DNA of 64,000 nt from an uncultured Dehalococcoidales bacterium (lineage in GTDB: Bacteria > Chloroflexota > Dehalococcoidia > GIF9 > UBA5629): assembly GCA_964549635.1 (NCBI GenBank), contig CAZJVJ010000003.1, positions 41,612-105,611 of the forward strand, given 5' to 3'. Positions 1 to 8,401 of this stretch are shown piece after piece; the first letter of the stretch is position 1, and each line of letters begins with the position of its first letter. The position numbers and the translations under genes are program-made. The notes under the pieces were generated by a model, which did not search any database, was not told where the DNA came from, and worked only from the letters and a program-made list of their open reading frames with translations.

Positions 1-858
1 TGGGACAGACCTACGAACCTAAACAATGTGGAGACTTGGGCGAATGTACCATTGATAATCAATAAGGGTGCAGATTGGTATCGCACCATAGGCACAGAGA
101 ACAGCAAAGGGACAAAGATATTCTCTCTGGTGGGCAAGGTGAACAATACCGGATTGGTAGAAGTGCCAATGGGTATAACGCTGAGGGAGATCATCTATGA
201 TATAGGTGGTGGCATTAAGAACGGCAGGAAATTTAAGGCGGTACAAACCGGCGGGCCATCTGGTGGCTGTCTGCCAGAAAGCTTGCTTGACTTACCTGTG
301 GACTTTGATGAGTTGACCAAAGCTGGCTCTATGATGGGGTCGGGTGGCATGATTGTTATGGATGAGACTACCTGTATGGTAGATGTGGCTAAGTACTTCC
401 TCATTTTCCTCGAAGAAGAGTCTTGTGGCAAGTGTGTGCCTTGTCGTGAAGGGCTAAAGCGGATGCGTCAAATTTTGGATGATATCACCAAAGGCAGAGG
501 CAATGAAAAGGATATCGACCTGTTGGAAGAGCTTTCAGCTACTTTGGTGGATAGTTCCCTTTGTGCGCTGGGTACCACAGCACCGAATCCCATCCTAACC
601 ACAATCCGTTATTTCAGAGACGAATATGAGGCTCATATACGTGAAAAAAGGTGCCCAGCTGGTGTCTGTAAAGAGTTGATCCAGTACTACATCATCGAGG
701 AAAAGTGTCCGGGCTGTGGTCTGTGCATTAAATCCTGCCCAGAAGCAGCCATAACTTTTATGGGTAAAAAAAGACCCGTTGTTTTAGACTACAAGAAATG
801 CATCAAATGTGGGGCTTGCTACGATATCTGCAAATTAAAGGCTGTTGGTGTGAGGTGA
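1..858 (+). CDS. NuoF/HydB-like NADH-binding flavoprotein subunit with C-terminal 2x[4Fe-4S] ferredoxin domain (5' end outside window)
   Basis: Frame 1 is open from base 1. Motifs [18 protein letters not shown] and SLCALG are typical of the 51-kDa family. They are followed by [12 protein letters not shown] and [11 protein letters not shown]. Confidence 0.85.
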   Translation, partial: WDRPTNLNNVETWANVPLIINKGADWYRTIGTENSKGTKIFSLVGKVNNTGLVEVPMGITLREIIYDIGGGIKNGRKFKAVQTGGPSGGCLPESLLDLPVDFDELTKAGSMMGSGGMIVMDETTCMVDVAKYFLIFLEEESCGKCVPCREGLKRMRQILDDITKGRGNEKDIDLLEELSATLVDSSLCALGTTAPNPILTTIRYFRDEYEAHIREKRCPAGVCKELIQYYIIEEKCPGCGLCIKSCPEAAITFMGKKRPVVLDYKKCIKCGACYDICKLKAVGVR

Positions 859-859
859 G

Positions 860-1579
860 ATGATAACCATAAATATTAACGGTCGCGAGCTGAAGGCTAA
901 AAAAGGTCAGACAATACTACATGTAGCGAACGAAAACGGAATTGAGATACCTACACTTTGTTATAGTGACGCTGTTGAAGCATACGGTGCCTGCAGGCTA
1001 TGTATCGTGGAAATATTTCAAAGAGGTCGTTCTCGAATAGTAACCTCTTGCCTTTATCCGGTAGAAGATGGGTTAGAAGTGAAGACCGACTCACCCAGAG
1101 TAGTACGTAATCGTAAGATGATACTAGAGCTACTGCTGGCAAAATGTTCGAAGAACAAAGTAGTACAGGAACTGGCTTGGCAACTGGGCATTGAAAAATC
1201 GTGTTTTAACGCCGAATATCTCGAGGATCACGACTGTATTGTTTGCGGTTTGTGTGTTAGAGTCTGCGAACAAGTTGTTGGGGTTAGCGCAATTAGTTTG
1301 GTTTCTCGAGGAGTAGATAAACACCCAGCTCCTCCGTTTCATGAGCCGGCTACAGCCTGTATTGGCTGTGGTTCCTGCTATTACATTTGTCCTACTGGCG
1401 CCATAAAAATGGAAGACAGAGGCGATACTAGGTTAATACATAACTGGAAGGTAGAATTAAAGCTAAAAAAGTGCAAAGTTTGTGGGAACTACTGGGCGCC
1501 GGAAAAACAACTTGACTACATTGTTAAAAAGTGGAAGCTTCCTGAGGACTTCTTTAATGTTTGCCCGACCTGCAAATAG
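860..1579 (+). CDS. 2Fe-2S/4Fe-4S iron-sulfur protein resembling the N-terminal third of NuoG or HoxU; no hydrogenase or molybdopterin catalytic domain
   Basis: The ATG lies 2 nt after the upstream stop, behind a GAGGTGAG RBS. It has an N-terminal 2Fe-2S-type Cys pattern (C..ACRLC), CIVCGLCVRVC and CIGCGSCYYICP, plus a C-terminal CxxC...CxxC. Confidence 0.75.
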   Translation: MITININGRELKAKKGQTILHVANENGIEIPTLCYSDAVEAYGACRLCIVEIFQRGRSRIVTSCLYPVEDGLEVKTDSPRVVRNRKMILELLLAKCSKNKVVQELAWQLGIEKSCFNAEYLEDHDCIVCGLCVRVCEQVVGVSAISLVSRGVDKHPAPPFHEPATACIGCGSCYYICPTGAIKMEDRGDTRLIHNWKVELKLKKCKVCGNYWAPEKQLDYIVKKWKLPEDFFNVCPTCK

Positions 1580-1613
1580 TTGTCAATAATCACGGGCAAC
1601 GCAGGTTATAACT

Positions 1614-1642
1614 TTGACTGACTGGGGTGGTTTAAGTATACT
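1614..1642 (+). promoter_or_regulatory. Sigma-70-type promoter for tRNA-Pro (TTGACT-17 nt-TATACT)
   Basis: -35 TTGACT at 1614-1619, an exact 17-nt spacer, -10 TATACT at 1637-1642. The tRNA starts 10 nt downstream. Confidence 0.6.
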
Positions 1643-1651
1643 TTCTCTTGG

Positions 1652-1724
1652 CGGGGTGTAGCGCAGTGGCTAGCGCGCATGGTTTGGGACCATGAGGTCG
1701 GAGGTTCAAATCCTCTCACCCCGA
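1652..1724 (+). tRNA. tRNA-Pro (anticodon TGG), CCA not encoded
   Basis: Hand-folded cloverleaf: acceptor CGGGGTG/CACCCCG, D stem GCGC, anticodon stem CATGG/CCATG with loop TTTGGGA, T arm GGAGG-TTCAAAT-CCTCT. Confidence 0.9.
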
Positions 1725-1827
1725 TTGTTTTTCACCTGACCTGTTTATCGTTAAGTAGCTAGACACGATCACAACCAGACGGAATCCACTTACACGCATG
1801 CTCATATTATTGGCTCTTAATTTTCGA

Positions 1828-2103
1828 CTATAGGCAGAAAGGACATTTGATAGGAGAACTGATTACGGTAGCCCTAACGTGTATTTTGCCATGGCGTCCA
1901 CAGGTGAGTTGATAATGGGCTCGCACCACCTTTGTGTTGGCATCTTCTACAATCGACTCAGTGAGATAGGTGATAGGTTCAAGCGCGTCTTTGGCACCAT
2001 TGCCGTTGTAGGCTGAGCCGCATTTAGGGCACTTTGTGGCATCGGGTAATGCAATACAACCGCATCTGGAACATTGCCTTGTGTCTTTTGTTATCTGCAT
2101 CAT
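1828..2103 (-). CDS. hypothetical small zinc-ribbon protein
   Basis: 91-aa ORF with a strong RBS (AAGGAGGAGG) 8 nt upstream. It carries CSRC..CPKC and C..H...CPFC pairs and is the last gene of the lexA-led string. Confidence 0.55.
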   Translation of the reverse strand: MMQITKDTRQCSRCGCIALPDATKCPKCGSAYNGNGAKDALEPITYLTESIVEDANTKVVRAHYQLTCGRHGKIHVRATVISSPIKCPFCL

Positions 2104-2187
2104 TGGATAGTCCTCCTCCTTTTAATTAGACGACATCTGATTGTGGTTCGCTCATTATGTGTTCCATGGGTTCTTACGAATGAGCTC

Positions 2188-2442
2188 CTAATCAAAAATC
2201 CGTCCCAGATACCAAGAATTGGAGGCAGTGTCCCGGTAAATGTCGTAAATAAGGCCTTTGTTTGTTCTGACTCTAAAGTAGTTTTTTAGAATCGCTTGGT
2301 CACAGAACTGCTCAGACTCATGCCATTGATGGTAGATCCGGGTCACACGCTCTGCCTTTCCATCTCTAGTGATAGTTAAAGGCGTGCCTTCGATATTGGC
2401 AGTTACCTTTAACCTTTCTGGTTTTTTAACTAGTCGAGCCAT
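2188..2442 (-). CDS. small hypothetical protein, possibly DUF6504-like (the domain also found at the C-terminus of ImuB-type proteins)
   Basis: 84-aa ORF with a GGAGG RBS, located 54 nt downstream of lexA. The family assignment rests on remembered pattern similarity only (W..E....Y[FY]RV.T..G....I[YF]RD.....W.L.R..D). Confidence 0.5.
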   Translation of the reverse strand: MARLVKKPERLKVTANIEGTPLTITRDGKAERVTRIYHQWHESEQFCDQAILKNYFRVRTNKGLIYDIYRDTASNSWYLGRIFD

Positions 2443-2496
2443 ATCTAACCTCCGGTTATGTTGTTACTTTGAGTGAAACACATTTTAAACTTCCTG

Positions 2497-3123
2497 TTAA
2501 AGCTTTCTGATAACCCCGATGACTTTACCTTGAATCTCTGCATCTTGAGGATTTACATATAATGGTTCCATTTGAGTATTAGCTGGTTGAAGGCGGATCC
2601 TTTGTGGCTCTCTAAAAAGTCTTTTCAGGGTCACCTCCTGCTTATCTTTTAGCCAGACGGCAACCATATCACCGTCATCGGCAGTGCTTACGTATTCCAT
2701 CAAAACGATGTCGCCATCATCAATGAGGGCGTCTGTCATCGAATACCCCTTAACTTTTAGGGCGTAAACCTCTTTTCCCTGCGTCATATCCTCAGTTAGC
2801 TCTAGCATTTCCACAGCTTCATTTTCCCATGTATCCGAATTGGGCACGGGAATTGGTGAACCTGCAGCAATGTTGCCTAATAGCGGTACCCTGACAATAT
2901 TTTTTCGACCGAGGAGCTGTATACTTCTAAAAACCTCCGGGTCTCGGTGAATATGCCCTTCTCTCTCAAGGATATTCAGGTGGTGCTGAACAACCGCCGT
3001 GGAGCTTATATTACACCCCTTTAAAATATCCCTCACCGTAGGGGCATAACCCTTTTCTTCAATAAAGTCCCGGATAAACTGTAGTATGCGCTGCCTTGTT
3101 TGACTTATACCTGGCTTTCTCAT
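2497..3123 (-). CDS. lexA: LexA repressor (S24 peptidase)
   Basis: N-terminal winged HTH, AAG cleavage site, GYSM catalytic Ser and TLKR catalytic Lys. The ATG at 3123 has an AAAGGTG RBS; the ORF track begins at a GTG three codons upstream (3132). Confidence 0.9.
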   Translation of the reverse strand: MRKPGISQTRQRILQFIRDFIEEKGYAPTVRDILKGCNISSTAVVQHHLNILEREGHIHRDPEVFRSIQLLGRKNIVRVPLLGNIAAGSPIPVPNSDTWENEAVEMLELTEDMTQGKEVYALKVKGYSMTDALIDDGDIVLMEYVSTADDGDMVAVWLKDKQEVTLKRLFREPQRIRLQPANTQMEPLYVNPQDAEIQGKVIGVIRKL

Positions 3124-3140
3124 TTGATACACCTTTGGTT

Positions 3141-3152
3141 AAACATATGTTT
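3141..3152. promoter_or_regulatory. Perfect 12-bp palindrome AAACATATGTTT, a Cheo-box-like candidate LexA operator
   Basis: The central 10 bp, AACATATGTT, match the core of the Gram-positive SOS box CGAACATATGTTCG. It lies between the lexA promoter and the RBS. Confidence 0.5.
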
Positions 3153-3163
3153 TTAAAACTAAA

Positions 3164-3189
3164 GTTCTACAAACTAACGTTCTACAAAC
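3164..3189. repeat. Tandem 11-bp direct repeat GTTCTACAAAC x2 (15-bp period) immediately downstream of the lexA -10; the junction reads GAAC-GTTA-GTTT on the minus strand
   Basis: Copies at 3164-3174 and 3179-3189. The repeat junction forms a second near-Cheo box. Confidence 0.5.
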
Positions 3190-3190
3190 A

Positions 3191-3219
3191 AGTGTACGCC
3201 AACTCTAAGCATTTGTCAA
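3191..3219 (-). promoter_or_regulatory. lexA promoter (TTGACA-17 nt-TACACT on the minus strand)
   Basis: -35 at 3214-3219 and -10 at 3191-3196, read on the reverse complement, with an exact 17-nt spacer. Confidence 0.6.
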
Positions 3220-3395
3220 GTCCTTGAGGGGTAATTTTGGAAGGTTTTTACAAGATTTTTGGCTAAGGAATGTGGTCTTTTAACTTCGAATGGGGTGGAG
3301 GATGTAGTTGTCTTTTAACTTAAAAGGCTTTGAGAAAAAGACAATACCGCCATATATTATATTCGGCAGATGGTAGAAGGAGATTATAATTTAGG

Positions 3396-4571
3396 CTATA
3401 TTTTGAGCCGTTGTCTGGCAATCTTAAGCAATTCCTCAAAAGGCGGTATTTCTTCTTTTCCGGATCTAGCCTTCAGTACTTTCTCCGTCGTTCTCATTAC
3501 TGCTAGGCTACGAGGGTTTATTCCCATCTTTCGTGACTCGCTCAGTATTTCTTTAGTCAGTGGCCCCAAGAGCTCTTTCAATGCCTTAAATACGTCCTCA
3601 GCTGTGCCTCCAAGGACATCGACTACACCAAGTACAACTCCTCCAGCATTTGAAATAAAGTCAGGCACCGAATATACCCCTCGCTCAAATAGTAGCTGTT
3701 CTGCTTCATCAGTAATAGGTATGTTAGCTATGCTGGAAATAATTTTAGCTTTAACCTCGCTCACGTTTCCTTTATTTATAACATAAGGGCGTGCCCCGGG
3801 TACAAGAATATCAACCGGCAAGAAGTAAATATCTCCCTTATCAATGTGTTGGGCATCCCTATATTTTTGCACAGCCTTATCTCCAGTTTTTTTTCGTGCT
3901 ATCAGCAGTTTCTTGACATCGAGCCCCTCTTTGTTATATGCCGTGCCGTATATATTTGATATTGCTACCACCTTGGCCCCCTCTTCGTCCATGTATCGTG
4001 CCACACCACCTCCAACCTTACCAAAGCCTTCAATAGCTACCGTAGCTCCTTTAATGTCCATTCCAGCAAATTCGCACGCTGCTTTGGCTGCTACTACCAC
4101 CCCATAACCGGTTGCATGGTCCTCGAGTGGTTCTCCGTCTTTTTCTTTCAATGCCAGGCCGCTGTACCTGGAGGGGATGCCGGCACCTTCATATATAGTG
4201 GCTACATCCTTGGCATTAGTGCCCATGTCGGGCCCCAGGGTTACTCCCTCTGTGATTAGTCCTTTGATTGCCTTTCCGAAAGCCTTCATAATTGCCTCTC
4301 GTTGTGCACCGTGTATGCCTGGGTTTGCCCATAAACCCGCTTTGGCGCCGCCTATCGGCATATCGAGAATAGCGAACTTATGTGTCATTGCCCTAGCAAG
4401 CCAAAATATCTCCTCTGAAGTTATATCTGGTAGCATCCGGATGCCACCAGCTGCTCCGCCGAGGGATGTAGTGTCAACAACAACCACGCCTTTCATACCA
4501 GTAGTAGGGTCATAAACGTGTACTATTCTTTCAGGTCCCAGGTCATCGGTAATGCCTTTCCATTCAAACAT
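3396..4571 (-). CDS. Glu/Leu/Phe/Val-family amino-acid dehydrogenase
   Basis: GGAAGGIRM and GGAKAG motifs, plus a Rossmann GFGKVGG motif; 391 aa. Confidence 0.8.
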   Translation of the reverse strand: MFEWKGITDDLGPERIVHVYDPTTGMKGVVVVDTTSLGGAAGGIRMLPDITSEEIFWLARAMTHKFAILDMPIGGAKAGLWANPGIHGAQREAIMKAFGKAIKGLITEGVTLGPDMGTNAKDVATIYEGAGIPSRYSGLALKEKDGEPLEDHATGYGVVVAAKAACEFAGMDIKGATVAIEGFGKVGGGVARYMDEEGAKVVAISNIYGTAYNKEGLDVKKLLIARKKTGDKAVQKYRDAQHIDKGDIYFLPVDILVPGARPYVINKGNVSEVKAKIISSIANIPITDEAEQLLFERGVYSVPDFISNAGGVVLGVVDVLGGTAEDVFKALKELLGPLTKEILSESRKMGINPRSLAVMRTTEKVLKARSGKEEIPPFEELLKIARQRLKI

Positions 4572-4632
4572 GTTAAGTCATCTCCTACTTTCGAAATTCA
4601 TCCGGCTTAGTTTATGGAATTATAGTTGGGAT

Positions 4633-5256
4633 TTATTTTAGTGCTTTGGCCAGTTTGATGCCCTTGTTGAAAGCTGCTAAATTGGCCTCGATTTCCTTTG
4701 GGAAAATCTCCTGTAATACAGGTTCCACTGACTTCTTGTCGAGCGGTAGAACGGCGGAGCCGACAACAGCGCCGACGAGGATTGCATTAGCGAAAATGGG
4801 GCTGCCCATTCTTTGTGCTTCTTCGGTAGCTTTGATTATCCAAGTTCTAGCCGATAGCTTTTTCACAGTTTCAATCAGGCTGCCTAGGTCTGGATATTCA
4901 GCCTGTCCTCCAGTGACATCTATTGAGTATATTGGCCTGGGGTTGATTATGGTTATGACGTTTGGGTTGCCGTATCTGCCTAACATACGTAATGTTTCCA
5001 CTGGTTCCATCCCAAGTATAATGTCGGCACAGCCATCGGGAATGAACGGGCTATATTGAGTCTGTTTTGAGATTCTTAGATGGCTCATTACAGGACCGCC
5101 ACGCTGGGATGCCCCGTAAGTCTCCCCGACGGTTACAAAGTAGCCTTCTCTTACCAATGCGTTGCCTATTATCAGCGATATCATTACATTTCCTTGTCCA
5201 CCAACGCCGGTGATAATCAAGTTCATAGGGTCCTTGGTTAATTGTTTTACAGTCAT
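4633..5256 (-). CDS. iorB: indolepyruvate/2-oxoacid:ferredoxin oxidoreductase beta subunit
   Basis: N-terminal GVGGQGN motif and ETYGASQRGG. Its start overlaps the iorA stop by 4 nt. Confidence 0.8.
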   Translation of the reverse strand: MTVKQLTKDPMNLIITGVGGQGNVMISLIIGNALVREGYFVTVGETYGASQRGGPVMSHLRISKQTQYSPFIPDGCADIILGMEPVETLRMLGRYGNPNVITIINPRPIYSIDVTGGQAEYPDLGSLIETVKKLSARTWIIKATEEAQRMGSPIFANAILVGAVVGSAVLPLDKKSVEPVLQEIFPKEIEANLAAFNKGIKLAKALK

Positions 5257-7190
5257 ACTGCCTCCTTAATAATAGCCCCTTGGGGACATATATCGGCACA
5301 GACACCACATCCGGTGCAAATAACCTCGTCCACTTTTGATTTGCCGGCTTTTCTGTCCCAAATCAGCCCCGGGCAAAGAAACACTCTAGTGCACAATCTG
5401 TCGCAGCCACAGGCCTCGCCTATGCATTTTTCAGTATCAACCTGCACCTTATAGGGGGGCTTTTCCCGTTTGCTTCTAACCAGTTCACATTGGCGTCGCA
5501 TTATAGCTACCTTGGTACCACCACCCTCGGCTATCATATCTAATAGTGTAGCTGTGGTATTCTTTAAATCGAACGGGTCACATACCTCGACACGTGCGCC
5601 CAGGGAACGACATAGGGCTTCCATACTTATCACTTTAGTTGGCTCTCCCATAGCCGTCATGCCCGTGCCGGGATGAGGCTGGAAGCCAGTCATAGCTGTT
5701 GCGCTGTTATCCAAGATGACCAGTACGAAGTCCGATTGGTTGTAAATACCGTTTATCAGTGCCGGAATAGTGGCATGATAAAAGGTGGAGTCACCGACAA
5801 TGGCAAGAACCGGCTGGTTAAAGCCAAACTGCCCCAGTTTGCCTAGGCCATTAGCCACGCCAGCACCAGCTCCCATGCAGTGCATCGTCCTGAGCTGAAA
5901 AAAGCCGGCAGGCCCTAATGCCAATGAATAGCAGCCAATGTCGCCTGTAACGACACCGCACCGTCCATCCAGCTTAAGTGCATTCTTAATCGCCCAAAAT
6001 GTAGCTCGATGTGGACAGCCGGCACAAAAAGTCATACTTCTTTCAGGCACAGAGCTTTTAGCTACAGCTTCTGCTTTACGTGTATATTCTGCATCACGGG
6101 CCTCGTAGGCTATGCCTAATATGCTTGATATGGCTTTAATCACTAAATCTGGGTTTAGCTCGCCGTAGGAATTTATATGGCCTGAACGCTTGCCATAAAA
6201 GGTAGGCCGTGGGCTGTCAGATGGTAGGCTAGCCACAAATTCCATAACGCTTCGCTCTAGGAATGGGTCTATCTCTTCCACAAAAAGGATTTTTTGTGAT
6301 TTACCCAAGTGACTAGCCACAAATTTTTCTGGCAGAGGCCATAGAGTACCAAGTTTTAGAATGCCTACGCTGTTTTCCAGCTTTAGCGCTTTCACTGCAT
6401 CTTGAGAATAAAGCCAGCAACTCCCACAAGTCACAATCAATAAATCTGCCTTATCTGGCCCTAAGTACCAGTTGAACTGCGATGTTTCAAATTTTTCGCG
6501 TGCCTTGTCCATCTTCATATGTAAGAAGAAATGTCGGAGCGGGCTCGGGATGGGCATGAAACTGGTTGGCAGCAAATTTCTTAAGTCATGTATTTGTTCA
6601 AAATATGCGTGCTTTTCCTTTTTGGACAGCTCACCAAGCTTCACGTTGCCTCTAGCGTGGGCAATACGGGTTACACTGCGCAACATACATAAAGAGCCCA
6701 ACTCTTCAGAAAGGTCAAAGAGCCATTTCGTCATGTCCTTAGCTTCCTGAAAATTTCCAGGCTCTACTAAAGGGATATCCAGCCATTTAGCTATCGGTCG
6801 AGTGTCTTGCTCGTTGGAGCTAGATATGGCTGATGGGTCATCACAACTTACTAAGACCAGCCCTCCTTTGCCAATACCACTCATGACTATGTTTGCTAGG
6901 AAATCGGAAACCACATTTACCCCGTTTTGTTTCATGGCAGCTAGGGCTCGAATGCCTGCGAAAGAGGCACCGGCCGCGGCTTCCATAGCCACTTTTTCGT
7001 TTACAGACCATTCTACGTAAATGCCAACGTTTTTAGCTACTTGTGCCAGGCTACCTATAATTTCTGAGGATGGAGTTCCCGGGTAAGCAGTGGCAAATCC
7101 AATTCCTGCCTCCAGTGCCCCTCGGGCGATGGCTTCATTGCCGATAAGGAGCTGGGTGGTGCCTGGAGCATCTATTTCAATATTCGCCAT
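5253..7190 (-). CDS. iorA: indolepyruvate:ferredoxin oxidoreductase alpha subunit
   Basis: GNEAIARGALEAG..AYPGTPSSEI, a TPP-binding GDSTF...DN block and a C-terminal 2x[4Fe-4S] (CxxCxxCxxxCP); 645 aa. Confidence 0.85.
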   Translation of the reverse strand: MANIEIDAPGTTQLLIGNEAIARGALEAGIGFATAYPGTPSSEIIGSLAQVAKNVGIYVEWSVNEKVAMEAAAGASFAGIRALAAMKQNGVNVVSDFLANIVMSGIGKGGLVLVSCDDPSAISSSNEQDTRPIAKWLDIPLVEPGNFQEAKDMTKWLFDLSEELGSLCMLRSVTRIAHARGNVKLGELSKKEKHAYFEQIHDLRNLLPTSFMPIPSPLRHFFLHMKMDKAREKFETSQFNWYLGPDKADLLIVTCGSCWLYSQDAVKALKLENSVGILKLGTLWPLPEKFVASHLGKSQKILFVEEIDPFLERSVMEFVASLPSDSPRPTFYGKRSGHINSYGELNPDLVIKAISSILGIAYEARDAEYTRKAEAVAKSSVPERSMTFCAGCPHRATFWAIKNALKLDGRCGVVTGDIGCYSLALGPAGFFQLRTMHCMGAGAGVANGLGKLGQFGFNQPVLAIVGDSTFYHATIPALINGIYNQSDFVLVILDNSATAMTGFQPHPGTGMTAMGEPTKVISMEALCRSLGARVEVCDPFDLKNTTATLLDMIAEGGGTKVAIMRRQCELVRSKREKPPYKVQVDTEKCIGEACGCDRLCTRVFLCPGLIWDRKAGKSKVDEVICTGCGVCADICPQGAIIKEAV

Positions 7191-7206
7191 AAATCACCTC
7201 CTTGAC

Positions 7207-8331
7207 TTACTCTCCACTTTGCGCAAATAACCTTGTCGCTAAATCTGTTGGTAAACCGACATACAGAAGATTCCTGTCGTCACCGCTCCTTTTAGCTAGC
7301 TCTGTCAATGCGCGCTTTTTCTTGAGCAGGGCTGCTTCTCTTAAATGGGCCAGGTTTTCAGAAGGTAGCTTGTCAGTTTCAAGTGTTCTCTTAGCTTTGG
7401 CTATTCGCATAAGCTCAGCACCAATGTCAGTACGTATAATGACCGTATTCCACCCGTCGATTCCCTCTACCGAGCCAATTGAGATGTCAGCAAACTCCGA
7501 GGTCATGTCGAGGCAATAGGTACAGGTCGGCATAGTGAACCTTTTAATTTCATCCAATGGGAGTGAAACTCTCCCCGATGTGGTGTAGATATCGAATCTG
7601 TTTGCTGGTGGCGGGGGGATATCAAATTTTTTCGTCTGCAGTAGGTTAAACTTTTCTTTTAAGAATCGATGGAACTTATCAGGTGATAACGCCCAGGTAC
7701 AGAAAAGTCCGATAACTAACCTAAGATTGTCAATACTGATTCTGTTAACCGGCGGGTTCTGCTTCATCTTCGCCACAGCTAGCACTTGGCACGGTAAGCC
7801 AACTATCCCTATGGTGTTGCTGCTGTCCATTGGCGTCTGATTGTATTTCATCAACACGGGGCACATCATATAATTAGAGCCTGCACATTGTAGTATCTCA
7901 TTCTCAGTCTGGACTAAAACCGGATTAGCAGTCTTATCCTCAGAAGTCTTAGTCAAAATAGCACTGTCTATCAGCCCTTCCTTTAACGCCAATGCCAATA
8001 GTGCGGTTACCGCTCCACCGTATTGGGCTATTTTCCTGACGTGTTTATCTGTTGACCTTGCCATAAGTATTTCTTTAACAGTACCTATCTCATCATAATT
8101 ATAGGGCGTTCCAAAGATTCGCCGGCTAATCTTGTCCATATCCACATATGTCCGCGGGCAATACTTATAGCATTGACCGTCGGAAATGGTGCAGTTGTCT
8201 AGCAATACAATCCTGCCTTTGTAATAAAGGAGATAAGGACAACCGCCAGCACAGGCACCACACAAAGTACACAGTCCAGTCTCTATAACCTCCTTGATTA
8301 GGTCTTTACAGCCCTTAGCTTCTGTAGCCAT
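7207..8331 (-). CDS. FrhB/FdhB-family (coenzyme F420 hydrogenase/dehydrogenase beta subunit-like) Fe-S flavoprotein
   Basis: N-terminal CTLCGACAGGCP plus C..CYKYCP, then the FrhB-type body (GG.VTALL, GLPCQ, CxxCxD..SE.ADIS.G). It lies 16 nt upstream of iorA. Confidence 0.7.
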   Translation of the reverse strand: MATEAKGCKDLIKEVIETGLCTLCGACAGGCPYLLYYKGRIVLLDNCTISDGQCYKYCPRTYVDMDKISRRIFGTPYNYDEIGTVKEILMARSTDKHVRKIAQYGGAVTALLALALKEGLIDSAILTKTSEDKTANPVLVQTENEILQCAGSNYMMCPVLMKYNQTPMDSSNTIGIVGLPCQVLAVAKMKQNPPVNRISIDNLRLVIGLFCTWALSPDKFHRFLKEKFNLLQTKKFDIPPPPANRFDIYTTSGRVSLPLDEIKRFTMPTCTYCLDMTSEFADISIGSVEGIDGWNTVIIRTDIGAELMRIAKAKRTLETDKLPSENLAHLREAALLKKKRALTELAKRSGDDRNLLYVGLPTDLATRLFAQSGE

Positions 8332-8401
8332 ACATTCCTCCTTTTTGACTGTTGCTTGACCAGCGTGTTAACTATGTTACAAATCGTCTGCAAACACCGC
8401 T

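Noticed and set aside
3275-3321. 12-bp direct repeat GTCTTTTAACTT x2, 35 bp apart, between lexA and the dehydrogenase gene
   Set aside because: It is short and AT-rich, with no symmetry and no obvious relation to either gene's signals. That is not enough to call a binding site.
3370-4515. Long antisense ORFs opposite the amino-acid dehydrogenase. Similar ones lie opposite iorA, nadB, the 5S-BCCP gene (20513-20833), nuoL, the CoA-transferases and others.
   Set aside because: They are mirror-frame ORFs with Ser/Pro/Ala/Thr-rich low-complexity translations and no RBS, opposite genes with clear family motifs. They are shadow ORFs.
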